Shown: positions 1 to 8,457 of the stretch, piece by piece
Layout: the number at the start of each line of letters is the position of its first letter
Position numbering within the stretch: position 1 is the first letter of the stretch
DNA from: Myxococcota bacterium
Lineage (GTDB): Bacteria > Myxococcota > JACRCW01
Assembly: GCA_040752415.1 (NCBI GenBank)
Contig: JBFMGU010000215.1
Coordinates: forward strand, 1-17,756
Reading direction: 5' to 3'
Length of the DNA: 17,756 nucleotides
Made by a program: the position numbers and the translations under genes
The notes under the pieces: model-generated
Databases searched by the model: none
What the model was told of the DNA's origin: nothing
The model's input: the letters and a program-made list of their open reading frames with translations, nothing else

Positions 1-71
1 AAAGTTTTAGTTCCTTCACCTCCGACGAGACCATGCGCGCTTCATTCAGCAGTGGCGTGGTCTCGAACGGA

Positions 72-1553
72 CTATGTGCGCGTTATTGTTAGAGTTCCAT
101 GGCCTCTGCTATCCGGACACACATGGTCCTCCGCCAAAAGGACCACCGCGCCCACGTTGGCTCGCGTCCCCCCGGAGGCGCTGGGAGAAGCCACGGCGTC
201 CTCCGCCACCACGCGCGGGAAATGCATGGTGAACGTGGTGCCGCGTCCCACGACGCTCTCCGCCCTGATGTGCCCACCACATTCCTCCATCACCGCGTGC
301 GCGGTGCACAGTCCCAGCCCCGTGCCGTGCTGCTTGGTGGTGAAGAACGGTTCGAACAATCGCGCGAGGGTCGACTCGTCCATGCCCACGCCGGTGTCGG
401 TGACCCGCACGGCGGCCCACTTGCCGCTGGGGCCCGCCCCGTCGTCATCCGCGACCGTGGCAATGGTGACGGGACCGCCAGGGGGCATGGCGTCGCGTGC
501 ATTCGTCACCAGCGTGAGAAAGAGCTGTTCCAGTTGTGAGGGGTCCGCGCGAACCCACGCCGGTGCGGGCGCCAGCTCCAGGCTCAACGTGCAGCGCTCG
601 CCCAACGCCTGCTCCAGCGACGGGCGGAAGGCCCTCAGGACGTCGTGGAGGTCCAGCAGTCGCGGCGTCACCACCTGCTTGCGACTGATGGTCAGCAGCC
701 GTGCGCTGATCTCCGCGGCGCGACGCGCGCACTGCACCATCTCCGTCACTTCCTGGTGCGCCTGGGTGCCGGGCGTGAGCTGCTCCAGCGTGGTGGAGCC
801 CAGGGCCATGAGGACGCCGAGGATGTTGTTGAAGTCATGCGCCACGCTGCCAGCCAGGCGACCAATGGCCTCCATCTTCTGGGCCTGCCGCGTCAGCGCC
901 TCCAGCCGACGTCGTTCCGTCATGTCGCGCAGGATTGCCAGCGTGTGGAGCTGCCCGTTGGAGACATAGACGGAGGTGCGCACATCCACGTCAATGGAGG
1001 TGCCGTCCTTGCGAATGCCCCGCATTTCGTAGATGCCGGAGACCTCCTCCCCGCGGGTCCGTTGCTCCATGGCCTGACGCACCTGGGCGCGGTGCTCCGG
1101 GGCAATACGTTCAAACAGCGGCGTGCCCAGCACCTCCTGCTCCGACTCAAAGCCGAACATGCGCAGGTACGCGCGGTTGACCAGCTTGTGCAATCCGTGG
1201 ATGGAAACCAGGAAGGCGTCCTGGCTGGTCTCCACCAGCCGCGCGAGCAAAAGGTCCGCCTCGTGCTTCCGGTTGTCGTCGGGAGGGCGCCCGGTCAGCT
1301 CCAGCGCCGCTCGCGCCACCAGCGCCAGGATGTCCCCGGGAATGCTCGCGGCGGATTCCACCTCCAGCACCGCACGCGACCCGTCGGGGCCGTCCTCCGC
1401 ATGGCGTTGGACCGCTCCCGCAGCGCCGTCGACGGAGAAGACCTCCACCTCGACACCTCCGCGCCGCACCGTCATGCGGACCCTGGCTCCCGGCGCATGG
1501 GCGCGGAGCAGTGCGAGGGCTACCTGCGCTTGGAGGTTGTCTGTCGCCGGCAT
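72..1553 (-). CDS. PAS-domain sensor histidine kinase (CckA-like hybrid kinase) with truncated C-terminal receiver domain
   Basis: PAS/PAC segment (VNRAYLRMFGF...RKDGT...AILRDMTERRRLE), H-box QKMEAIGRLAGSVAHDFNNIL, N-box VTNARDAM, G1 DTGVGM, F FEPFFTTK, G2 GTGLGL. Ends with receiver beta1 VVLLAED then unrelated residues. GGAG SD upstream of ATG 1553. Confidence 0.9.
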   Translation of the reverse strand: MPATDNLQAQVALALLRAHAPGARVRMTVRRGGVEVEVFSVDGAAGAVQRHAEDGPDGSRAVLEVESAASIPGDILALVARAALELTGRPPDDNRKHEADLLLARLVETSQDAFLVSIHGLHKLVNRAYLRMFGFESEQEVLGTPLFERIAPEHRAQVRQAMEQRTRGEEVSGIYEMRGIRKDGTSIDVDVRTSVYVSNGQLHTLAILRDMTERRRLEALTRQAQKMEAIGRLAGSVAHDFNNILGVLMALGSTTLEQLTPGTQAHQEVTEMVQCARRAAEISARLLTISRKQVVTPRLLDLHDVLRAFRPSLEQALGERCTLSLELAPAPAWVRADPSQLEQLFLTLVTNARDAMPPGGPVTIATVADDDGAGPSGKWAAVRVTDTGVGMDESTLARLFEPFFTTKQHGTGLGLCTAHAVMEECGGHIRAESVVGRGTTFTMHFPRVVAEDAVASPSASGGTRANVGAVVLLAEDHVCPDSRGHGTLTITRT

Positions 1554-1574
1554 TCGTGAACTCCCGTTTCGCAG

Positions 1575-1592
1575 CTAAGCATCACCTAAGCA
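1575..1592. promoter_or_regulatory. Direct repeat CTAAGCA-N4-CTAAGCA (11-bp period), putative transcription factor site
   Basis: Exact 7-mer at 1575-1581 and 1586-1592, about 22 nt upstream of the kinase start. A one-helical-turn period is typical of OmpR/PhoB-type sites. Confidence 0.35.
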
Positions 1593-1633
1593 CATCTGTC
1601 ACGCTCCCGGCGGTCTGGGCGCTGGCGGAGGAA

Positions 1634-4600
1634 TCAATTGACGCAGACGTTGCCGTTGGCATTGCCCACGTACGTCATGTCGGGGCCAATGGAGAACCCG
1701 GGTGACGTGTCCTGGTAGATGCCACATGACGACGAGGAGCGAATCGTGGACGCCTGGATCGCTCCGTCGCACCCGGAGACTGTCAGCGCGCCCAAGGTGT
1801 TGCTGCCCGCGTGGTCGATGACGGCGTTGCCAATCTGCGCCTGGGCGTCGACGCAGTTGGGGGCAAGGTAGACGCCACTCCAGTCACCAGGCTGGGGGCT
1901 CGCGCTGCTGGACGTGAAGCGGATGGGCTCCGTGGCGGTACCCAGCGCGAGCAGGCCACCGGGAGCACCTGCGCCCACGACGATCCCGTACCCGGCATCA
2001 AAGAGGATGGTCACCCCCGGGTTGATGGTGAGGATGGGGGCTGCGTTCCCCTGCACGTCGAGGCTGAGGGCGGCGCGGTACGGCGCGTCCAGGCGTTGCC
2101 ACGTGGCGGAACGTGAAACCAGTCCACTGCCCAGGACGCGCACCTCGTCGCGGGTGTTGCCGGTGAAGATGGATGACGGGTCCAGCTCGGCCACGGAATC
2201 CGCGGGCAGCGAGATGGGTCTCTGGTTTCCCGTCAGCGTGTTGTTGGTGAATGTAGGTCCGGTGCCGTCGGCGAGCGAAGCGTCCGAGTGGACGTACACG
2301 CCGTCGTCATTGTTGTTGGAGCATTCCGTCCCGGAGATGGTTGCCGTGGAGGCTAACAGGGAGATGCCGTTGGCGGAGCTGTATCGCGACGTGACGCCCT
2401 GCAGGGTGACATCCGCCAGGTAGACCATGATGTTGCCGTACCCATTGTTCCCGCCGTACTCCACGGTCAAACCGCGGAGTTGGCTGCCCTGGTCGTGGTC
2501 ACCAACGTAGAGCCCGCCCCAGTCGCCTGCGGTGGGAGTGGCGGAAGCCGACGAGAACAACACTCCCGTGGTTTCGCCGTTGACCATGAGCCTGCCGTCT
2601 CCGGCGTAATTGCCCACGTCGAGCGAGGTGTTGCTGGAGAAGTACAATTCGGCGCCGTCCTGGATGGTGATGGTTGGAGCGGCCGCGCCGCCGACGTAGA
2701 TGCTCGCGACGACGACGTAGGGCGCGTCCAGCGCTTGCCACGTTCCGCTCTCACCCGCCGTTCCGCCGGCAATGACAACGGACCCACCATTGCCCGCGAA
2801 AGACGAGCTGCTGTCCAATTGGATAACGGAATCCGCGCCCAGCCGGATGGCCGCACCGCCGTTTCCCGTCAGCACGTTGCCGACGAAGGATGGACCGGCG
2901 TTGCTGTCCAGCGCCGCGGTGCTGGAGAGGTACACACCTTCGTCCTGGTTGGTCTCGAACGCGGAGTTGGAAACGCGCACCACACGCCCGGAGACGGAGA
3001 GCCCCGCCCTCGACGAGTACCGGGACGTGACGTTGTCCAGGAGCAACCTGGGTGTGGACGGTCCGCCCACGACGTAGATGTTGCTGTACCCGTTGCTGCC
3101 GCCGTACTCCACGGTCAATCCCTGCAGCACGGAGCCCAGGTCGTCGGGGTACAGGATCAGTCCCTGCCAGTCGCCCACGTCGGGGACGGATGAGGCGCTG
3201 GTGAACAGCACGCCGGTGTTGGTGCCGTCCACCTGGAGCCGGCCCTGGCCCACGGTCAGCCCGGTTCCAGGATTGAAACGCACCTGCACGCCGTCTTCCA
3301 CGGTCAACGTGGGTTGCGCCGTGCTGCCCACGTAGATGGTTCCCTGCACAACGTACGGAGCTCCAAGGTTGTGCCAGGTGGCGTCGACGCCAATGACTCC
3401 GCTGGTGATGGCAACACCGTCCAGCGCATTGCCCGAGAATGTGCTCGTGGCATCCAGCGCGCCCACGTCCTGCGGGCTGATGACCATGGCGTGGCCACCA
3501 TTTCCCGCGACGGTACTCCCGCCAAACTGCGCCAGCACGGAGCCTCCCTCCAGGCGCAGGCCCGCCGCGGAATTGTCGGCGAAGGTGGACCCGACGACGG
3601 ACACGCTGGATGCGTAGGCGAACAGACCGTGGTTGGAGTTGTGTTGGACCGTGCAGGCATCCAGCGTGACGTCGGTGTAGGTCACGTAGATGCCGCCGTA
3701 GTTGTTGGCGCCAGCGTATTCCACCGTCAAACCCACCAGGCTCGAGCCTTCCGACCCGTCGAGGAGCTGGAGTCCGTTCCAATCACCGGGGCTGGGAATG
3801 GAGGCCGCGCTGGTGAAACGCACGCCGTCCGTGGTGCCCACCACCTCCAGGCGACCTCGGGTGGACGACGAGTAGCCCACGTTGATGCCCGTGGCGGGCG
3901 TGAAGAGGACCACCACCCCGTCTTCCACCCTCAACGTGGGAGCGACGGGGGAGTGAACGTCAATCGTGCCTGCGGGTGAGATGAGATAGGGGACACTGAG
4001 GTTGCGCCACGTGGAGTCCAGGTCGACGAGGCCGGGCGACAGCTCGATGATGTCCACGGTGTTGCCCGTGAATGACGACGAGGGATCCAGCTCACCGGCG
4101 TAGCGCACCGGCATCACCAGCGGCTTCGCGTTGCCGGTGAGGGTGTTGCCCGCGAAGGTGGCCACCGCCGTGGAGCCCAAGGCCAGACCGCCCGCCGTGT
4201 CGGTGCGGAAACCAATGCCCGCGTTGTCGCGGATGACCGTGTTGCTGACGGTGGGAAATCCGCTGGTCACGTGGATTCCGTCGGACACGCTGTACCGGAC
4301 CTCGCTGCGCGTGATGGTGGGGCTGGACTGGTAGATGTGGATGCCGCCGTAGGTGTTGTCGCCGCCACGCTCCACCACGAGACCGTTGAGGGCGCTGCCG
4401 CTGTCGTAGAATCCCATCGTCAAGCCGAGCCAGGAAGCACCGGTGGCGCGCATCACCACGCCGGAGACCGCACCATCCACCAGCAGCCGACCCGCGGCCG
4501 AAGACGCGACCTCCAGCCCGGCGGCGGGATCGAACTCGAGCTGCACGCCGTCGCCGAGCGTCAGCACCGGATTGGCGGGGTCCTGGACGTAGACCGTGCC

Positions 4601-5752
4601 GGTCACGTGATAGGGCACGTCCACCGCCGACCAGACCGCGGAGCTCGTCACGAATCCACCGCGCACCTCCACGCCGGAAGTCACGTTGCCCGAGAAGGTG
4701 GAGCTCGACGAGAGCCGCCCCACCAGCTCCGGACCAAGCACGATTCCCACGTTGTTACCGGTGAGCGAATTGTTCTCGAAGGCCACCAGGTCCGACGGAG
4801 AGTCCAGCGCCACGCCGGCGTTTCCGTTGTTGATGAAGGAGGAGTTGGTGATGGTGGCGGAGGTGAGGGTGCCGTGGAACCCGTCCGTGGCGCTGTACCG
4901 GGCGGTCACGCCGTCCAGGAGGATGCTCGCTCCGGTGGATGAGATGCCGGCGAGGGCGCTGCCTCCGTACTCCACGACGAGACCGCGCAGCGAGGAGCCG
5001 CCGCTCTTTGGCCCGAGTCGCAGGCCGCCCCAGTCACCCGGCTGCGGACTGGCGTTTTCCGACGTCATGATGACGCCCAGGTCGGTTCCCCGGACCAGGA
5101 GGCGCCCGGTGCCGGTGTGCCCCGCGTACAGCCCCGCGCCATTGGCGAAGACCACCGTGGCACCATCCGCCACGACGAGGTCGGGTTGCTCGGCGTCGTC
5201 CCCCACGTAGACGTCGCACGTCACGCGGTGCAGCACAGCCGCGGCCCAGGTCTCGGTGAAGATGATGTTGCCGCAGTGCTCGACGACACAATCCCCCGCG
5301 CAGCCTCCCGAGGAGGAGCTGGCGCTGCTGGATGACGTCGAGAATCCGCTGGAGGAGGCGCTGCTGGTGGACGTGGCACCGCTGGAGCTGACTCCGCTGC
5401 TGGACGTGGAGGTGGACGCCCCCGCGCTGCTGCTGGCGGTGGAGGTCGATGACGCCGCCGATGACGACGACACCGGGCCGGAGGAGCTGCTGGAGCTGGC
5501 GGAGGAGGAAGAGGACGAGGCCCCCGAAGACGACGACGACGAGCTCGACGTGCTGGTTTGGGTGCTGGATGAGACGGTGGCTCCGCTGCTCGAGGAGGAT
5601 GACGAAGAAGTGGACGACGACGAGGATGACGACGCCGCCGAGGAGCTGGCGGTGCTCGAAGTGTCGGGTTGGGATGGGCCGCTTGTTGAAGGAAAGCATG
5701 CCGCCAGGAACGCCAATGTGGGAACCAACGTCGCGCGACGAGAACTCCGCAT
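1634..5752 (-). CDS. Large surface lipoprotein: Ser-rich stalk plus six tandem right-handed parallel beta-helix modules
   Basis: Start reassigned to ATG 5752 (GGAGG just upstream; MRSSRRATLVPTLAFLAAC gives a basic N-region, hydrophobic stretch and lipobox). About 120 aa of poly-Ser/Thr follow, then repeated (P)GDWxGL..GS.L.GL.VEYGG and N.LTGN / S.F.GN beta-helix-type motifs. Confidence 0.85.
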   Translation of the reverse strand: MRSSRRATLVPTLAFLAACFPSTSGPSQPDTSSTASSSAASSSSSSSTSSSSSSSSGATVSSSTQTSTSSSSSSSSGASSSSSSASSSSSSGPVSSSSAASSTSTASSSAGASTSTSSSGVSSSGATSTSSASSSGFSTSSSSASSSSGGCAGDCVVEHCGNIIFTETWAAAVLHRVTCDVYVGDDAEQPDLVVADGATVVFANGAGLYAGHTGTGRLLVRGTDLGVIMTSENASPQPGDWGGLRLGPKSGGSSLRGLVVEYGGSALAGISSTGASILLDGVTARYSATDGFHGTLTSATITNSSFINNGNAGVALDSPSDLVAFENNSLTGNNVGIVLGPELVGRLSSSSTFSGNVTSGVEVRGGFVTSSAVWSAVDVPYHVTGTVYVQDPANPVLTLGDGVQLEFDPAAGLEVASSAAGRLLVDGAVSGVVMRATGASWLGLTMGFYDSGSALNGLVVERGGDNTYGGIHIYQSSPTITRSEVRYSVSDGIHVTSGFPTVSNTVIRDNAGIGFRTDTAGGLALGSTAVATFAGNTLTGNAKPLVMPVRYAGELDPSSSFTGNTVDIIELSPGLVDLDSTWRNLSVPYLISPAGTIDVHSPVAPTLRVEDGVVVLFTPATGINVGYSSSTRGRLEVVGTTDGVRFTSAASIPSPGDWNGLQLLDGSEGSSLVGLTVEYAGANNYGGIYVTYTDVTLDACTVQHNSNHGLFAYASSVSVVGSTFADNSAAGLRLEGGSVLAQFGGSTVAGNGGHAMVISPQDVGALDATSTFSGNALDGVAITSGVIGVDATWHNLGAPYVVQGTIYVGSTAQPTLTVEDGVQVRFNPGTGLTVGQGRLQVDGTNTGVLFTSASSVPDVGDWQGLILYPDDLGSVLQGLTVEYGGSNGYSNIYVVGGPSTPRLLLDNVTSRYSSRAGLSVSGRVVRVSNSAFETNQDEGVYLSSTAALDSNAGPSFVGNVLTGNGGAAIRLGADSVIQLDSSSSFAGNGGSVVIAGGTAGESGTWQALDAPYVVVASIYVGGAAAPTITIQDGAELYFSSNTSLDVGNYAGDGRLMVNGETTGVLFSSASATPTAGDWGGLYVGDHDQGSQLRGLTVEYGGNNGYGNIMVYLADVTLQGVTSRYSSANGISLLASTATISGTECSNNNDDGVYVHSDASLADGTGPTFTNNTLTGNQRPISLPADSVAELDPSSIFTGNTRDEVRVLGSGLVSRSATWQRLDAPYRAALSLDVQGNAAPILTINPGVTILFDAGYGIVVGAGAPGGLLALGTATEPIRFTSSSASPQPGDWSGVYLAPNCVDAQAQIGNAVIDHAGSNTLGALTVSGCDGAIQASTIRSSSSCGIYQDTSPGFSIGPDMTYVGNANGNVCVN
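5309..5662 (-). repeat. Low-complexity poly-Ser/Thr linker coding region
   Basis: Translates to TSSTASSSAASSSSSSSTSSSS...; mixed TCC/TCG/AGC codons. Boundaries approximate. Confidence 0.85.
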
Positions 5753-5770
5753 CAATCCTCCGCGTGGAGA

Positions 5771-5800
5771 ACGATGACGACGATGAGGGGAACCCGTCAA
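5771..5800 (-). promoter_or_regulatory. Putative sigma70-type promoter for the beta-helix lipoprotein
   Basis: Minus strand TTGACG (5800-5795), N18, CATCGT (5776-5771), ending 18 nt before ATG 5752. Confidence 0.4.
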
Positions 5801-5909
5801 GCGCGGTGCGCGCGGCAGGGCGCGGAAAGGACCTGGCGCAGCCGGGTTCGTGCGCCACCGGGCGTGCGTTCGTCGTCGCGTCGTGGCTGAACCCGCGCGC
5901 TCTTGGCGA

Positions 5910-5934
5910 GTCCGTCAGCGTCACGCTCACGGAC
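5910..5934. promoter_or_regulatory. Near-perfect dyad (operator or hairpin)
   Basis: GTCCGTCAGCGT-C-ACGCTCACGGAC; arms match at 11 of 12 positions. Lies between the end of the stressosome operon and the lipoprotein promoter; no U-tract. Confidence 0.4.
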
Positions 5935-5977
5935 CGGGCGGGAAGTCCCACGAAACGATTCCGCGATTGCTCTGGCT

Positions 5978-6391
5978 TCAGCGGCGGCGGCGCATCACCG
6001 CACGAACCTCGAGTCCCCCGCCCTCCCGCCGACGCGCCGAGGCCTCGTCCACCAGGCGCCGCACCGAAGGACCACCCGCGCCCAGGGATTGCCCGGGCTG
6101 CCAGGCTTCCGCGGGGTTGCGCGGCCGGTCTTCAAACAGGCGCTCCGGCGTGTCCAGGCCCGGCCCGCGGTCCAGCACCACAACGGTCACGCGGTCCCAT
6201 TCCACGTGCATCTCCATCTCACCGCTTCCGGCGTGACGGACCGCGTTGGTGGCCAGCTCCAGCGTTGCCAGCGCCAGCCGCTCCGACGCCGCCGCGGCCA
6301 TTCCCAGCTCCCGCGCCAGCTTGCGGGTCAGGGCGGCGGCGGCGGTGGCGTCGGAGCGCTCCGCCAGGGGACAGCGACAGGCCAGGGTCAC
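5978..6391 (-). CDS. Second RsbT/RsbW-like anti-sigma-type Ser/Thr kinase (GHKL ATPase fold)
   Basis: N-box ELATNAVRHA, G1 DRGPG, G2 SLGAG..VRRLVDE. GTG start overlaps the upstream stop (GTGA at 6388-6391). Confidence 0.82.
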   Translation of the reverse strand: MTLACRCPLAERSDATAAAALTRKLARELGMAAAASERLALATLELATNAVRHAGSGEMEMHVEWDRVTVVVLDRGPGLDTPERLFEDRPRNPAEAWQPGQSLGAGGPSVRRLVDEASARRREGGGLEVRAVMRRRR

Positions 6392-6810
6392 GCGGGCGCA
6401 AGCTCACGCACGGCGGCGCGCGCGCAGGTCACCGCTTCTTCCACGGAGTTGAAGCTCTTGAGTTGAAACCGGGAGCGCGTGGCCAGCTTGGCCGCGGTGA
6501 TGACCAGCTGCATGGCGGCGCGGGTCATCATGGTGGCGTGGACCATGTAGATGTGCACTTCCTGGCCGGCGGGCGTGGCGGTGTTGGTGCTGATGAGCCG
6601 GCGTGCTTCCGGCGTGAACTTGCCCATCCGGGACATGTCCGTGATGTAGACCACGGTCTTCTCCGTCGACATCAGGGGCTGGATGAAGTCCATCAGCTCC
6701 TGCATCTGGTGCTCGTCGACGTCACCCTCGTACCGGGTGAGCATGATTCCCCGGTCCAGGTACTCCAGGTGGTGCTTGCCAATGGTCTTCTGCGGGTTGA
6801 CGGACGTCAT
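6388..6810 (-). CDS. STAS/SEC14 (SpoIIAA-like) domain protein
   Basis: Start reassigned to ATG 6810 (ATGA overlap with the rsbR stop). Motifs RYEGDVD and YITDMSRMGKFTPEARR, and C-terminal FNSVEEA, are characteristic of myxobacterial STAS/SEC14 proteins. Confidence 0.75.
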   Translation of the reverse strand: MTSVNPQKTIGKHHLEYLDRGIMLTRYEGDVDEHQMQELMDFIQPLMSTEKTVVYITDMSRMGKFTPEARRLISTNTATPAGQEVHIYMVHATMMTRAAMQLVITAAKLATRSRFQLKSFNSVEEAVTCARAAVRELAPA

Positions 6811-7466
6811 GGGGTTGCTCCCGGGTTGGCGTTGGGCTTGTTGCGGCTGTTGGCGAGGAAGCGGAGACACTCGGTGAGGCCTTCCTTGAGGCTGCGCAGC
6901 ACCTTCACTCCGCCCAGGTCCACGTTGAGCTCGACGAGCGTGCGCGCAATGGACGGCCCAATTCCCGTCAGCACGCACAACGCACCCAGCAGCTGCGCGG
7001 ACTTGATCATGCGCACCAGGTGATCCGCGGTGGCGGTGTCCACCACGTCCACGCCGGTGAGATCCACGATGACGCAGCGCGCTTTCTGCTCCACCACCGC
7101 GGTGAGCAGCCGCTCCGTCATCTCCGCGGAGCGCTGGGTGTCCACCAGGCCCACCACCGGCAAGGTCAACACGTCATCCCAGATCTCGATGATGGGCGTG
7201 GACAGCTCGCTCAGTGCAATGCGCTGTCGGGTGATGACACCCTTCTGCTGGCTGACATCCTGCTTCGCCTGCGCGAACTCTTCCGTCAGGATGTTGAGCA
7301 CCGCCTCGATCTCGCCAAAGGCGTCGTCGTGTGTGAGCGGGATGGTGATCAGCGCCGGGTCATAGTTCTGCAGCGAGATGTGAGACAGAACCTGCATGAT
7401 GCGGTCCAGGCGAGACCTCTCGATGGTGATCGCCTCGGTGGACGCTTGGAGGGTGGTCGTCGTCAC
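6807..7466 (-). CDS. rsbR: Stressosome RsbR-like protein (N-terminal helical/HAMP-like region plus STAS)
   Basis: ELSTPIIEIWDDVLTLPVVGLVDTQRS and IVDLTGVDVVDTATA carry both conserved phospho-Thr motifs of B. subtilis RsbR (T171/T205 equivalents); LLGA..VLTGI.P.IA.TLV. GTG start 7466 overlaps the rsbS stop; GGAG SD. Confidence 0.9.
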   Translation of the reverse strand: MTTTTLQASTEAITIERSRLDRIMQVLSHISLQNYDPALITIPLTHDDAFGEIEAVLNILTEEFAQAKQDVSQQKGVITRQRIALSELSTPIIEIWDDVLTLPVVGLVDTQRSAEMTERLLTAVVEQKARCVIVDLTGVDVVDTATADHLVRMIKSAQLLGALCVLTGIGPSIARTLVELNVDLGGVKVLRSLKEGLTECLRFLANSRNKPNANPGATP

Positions 7467-7888
7467 GCGCTTTCTCCCAGCAGCAGGGCCAGTGGGTCCG
7501 GCTGCGCGTTGGAGGGGGTGTGTTGAGGAACAACGCCGAAGTGGGCCAGCGCTTCTTCCAGGCTGAGCGTGGTCTTGATGTCCGTGAAGGCCACGCCCAT
7601 GGACTGGAGCGTCAGCGCCATCTCCGCGCGGAGGCCGCACAGCACTGTGGGCGTTCCCATCAGCATGGCGGAACGGGCCAGCCGCGCCACCACGGCGCAC
7701 AGGTGACTGTCCAACAGCCACATCCCGGAGATGTCCAGGATGAGGCCGCGGGCTCCGTCGCGTCGGATGGCCTCCAGCACGGTGTGCTGCAGGATGTCCG
7801 CTGCGGAGTCAGACACATCACCCTGGATGGGAACCAGCAGGCAGTTCCACAAGCGGATGGTGGGCACGGGGGAATCAACGGCCTTCAT
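7463..7888 (-). CDS. rsbS: Stressosome RsbS-like STAS antagonist
   Basis: VPTIRLWNCLLVPIQGD, GLILDISGMWLLDS (conserved phospho-Ser, S59 equivalent), LMGTPTVLCGLRAEMALTLQSMG, LSLEEAL. ATG 7888 with GGAGG SD and ATGA overlap. Confidence 0.9.
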   Translation of the reverse strand: MKAVDSPVPTIRLWNCLLVPIQGDVSDSAADILQHTVLEAIRRDGARGLILDISGMWLLDSHLCAVVARLARSAMLMGTPTVLCGLRAEMALTLQSMGVAFTDIKTTLSLEEALAHFGVVPQHTPSNAQPDPLALLLGESA

Positions 7889-8457
7889 GGCGCACCTCCG
7901 GGTTCGGCAAGAAGCAGCGTGGCGTCGTCGTGGTGGTGCGAGAACTGGCGCAGCATCCTGCTGGCGGCCGTCGCAAGCTCCACGCCGGCCAGCTCCTCCA
8001 GCGTCAGGCGAGCGGAGACGCCGTCGCTGAAGAGGCAGAGGCGGAACGTGGTTGGCAACGCCGCGGCGAACACGCGTGGCGTCACATGCTGCGCGCCCAC
8101 CACGCCGGGCGTGGGAACAAACGGGAGCGCAAAGCCCGTGGCCCGCACGCTGACATTGCCCACGGAAGCCCCGCGCAGCGTTCCCTCCGACACCGTGCAC
8201 ACCGCCACCGCCGCCCCACGCGTGTTGCGCAGCGCGCGGTCCAGCCCACCCAGCACCTCCACGAGGGGAGTGGCGGGTTCCCACGTGTGCAGGTGGTCCA
8301 GCGCCGCGGAGGCTGCAAGGTGCGCGGCCTCTCCGTGCCCCAATCCATCCACCAACGCGAGCAGATGCCGGCCGGAGCGACTCAGCGCCACTGCCGCGTC
8401 GCCATTGAAGGTCTCTCCCGCCCGGGGCCGACTGGCGATTTCAGTGCGCAGTATCAA
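7885..8457 (-). CDS. rsbX: RsbX-like PP2C/SpoIIE-family phosphatase
   Basis: RP..GETFNGD, ALVDGLGHG, TRGAA, SVGNV, PGVVG, LFSDGV, DDATL (metal-binding Asp residues present). Likely TTG start at 8457 with GGAGG upstream, overlapping the rsbT end by 17 nt. Confidence 0.85.
   Translation of the reverse strand: MILRTEIASRPRAGETFNGDAAVALSRSGRHLLALVDGLGHGEAAHLAASAALDHLHTWEPATPLVEVLGGLDRALRNTRGAAVAVCTVSEGTLRGASVGNVSVRATGFALPFVPTPGVVGAQHVTPRVFAAALPTTFRLCLFSDGVSARLTLEELAGVELATAASRMLRQFSHHHDDATLLLAEPGGAP

Noticed and set aside
5256..5777. Plus-strand acidic ORF (ELLEEDDEE...)
   Set aside because: Antisense shadow of the poly-Ser codons of the lipoprotein.
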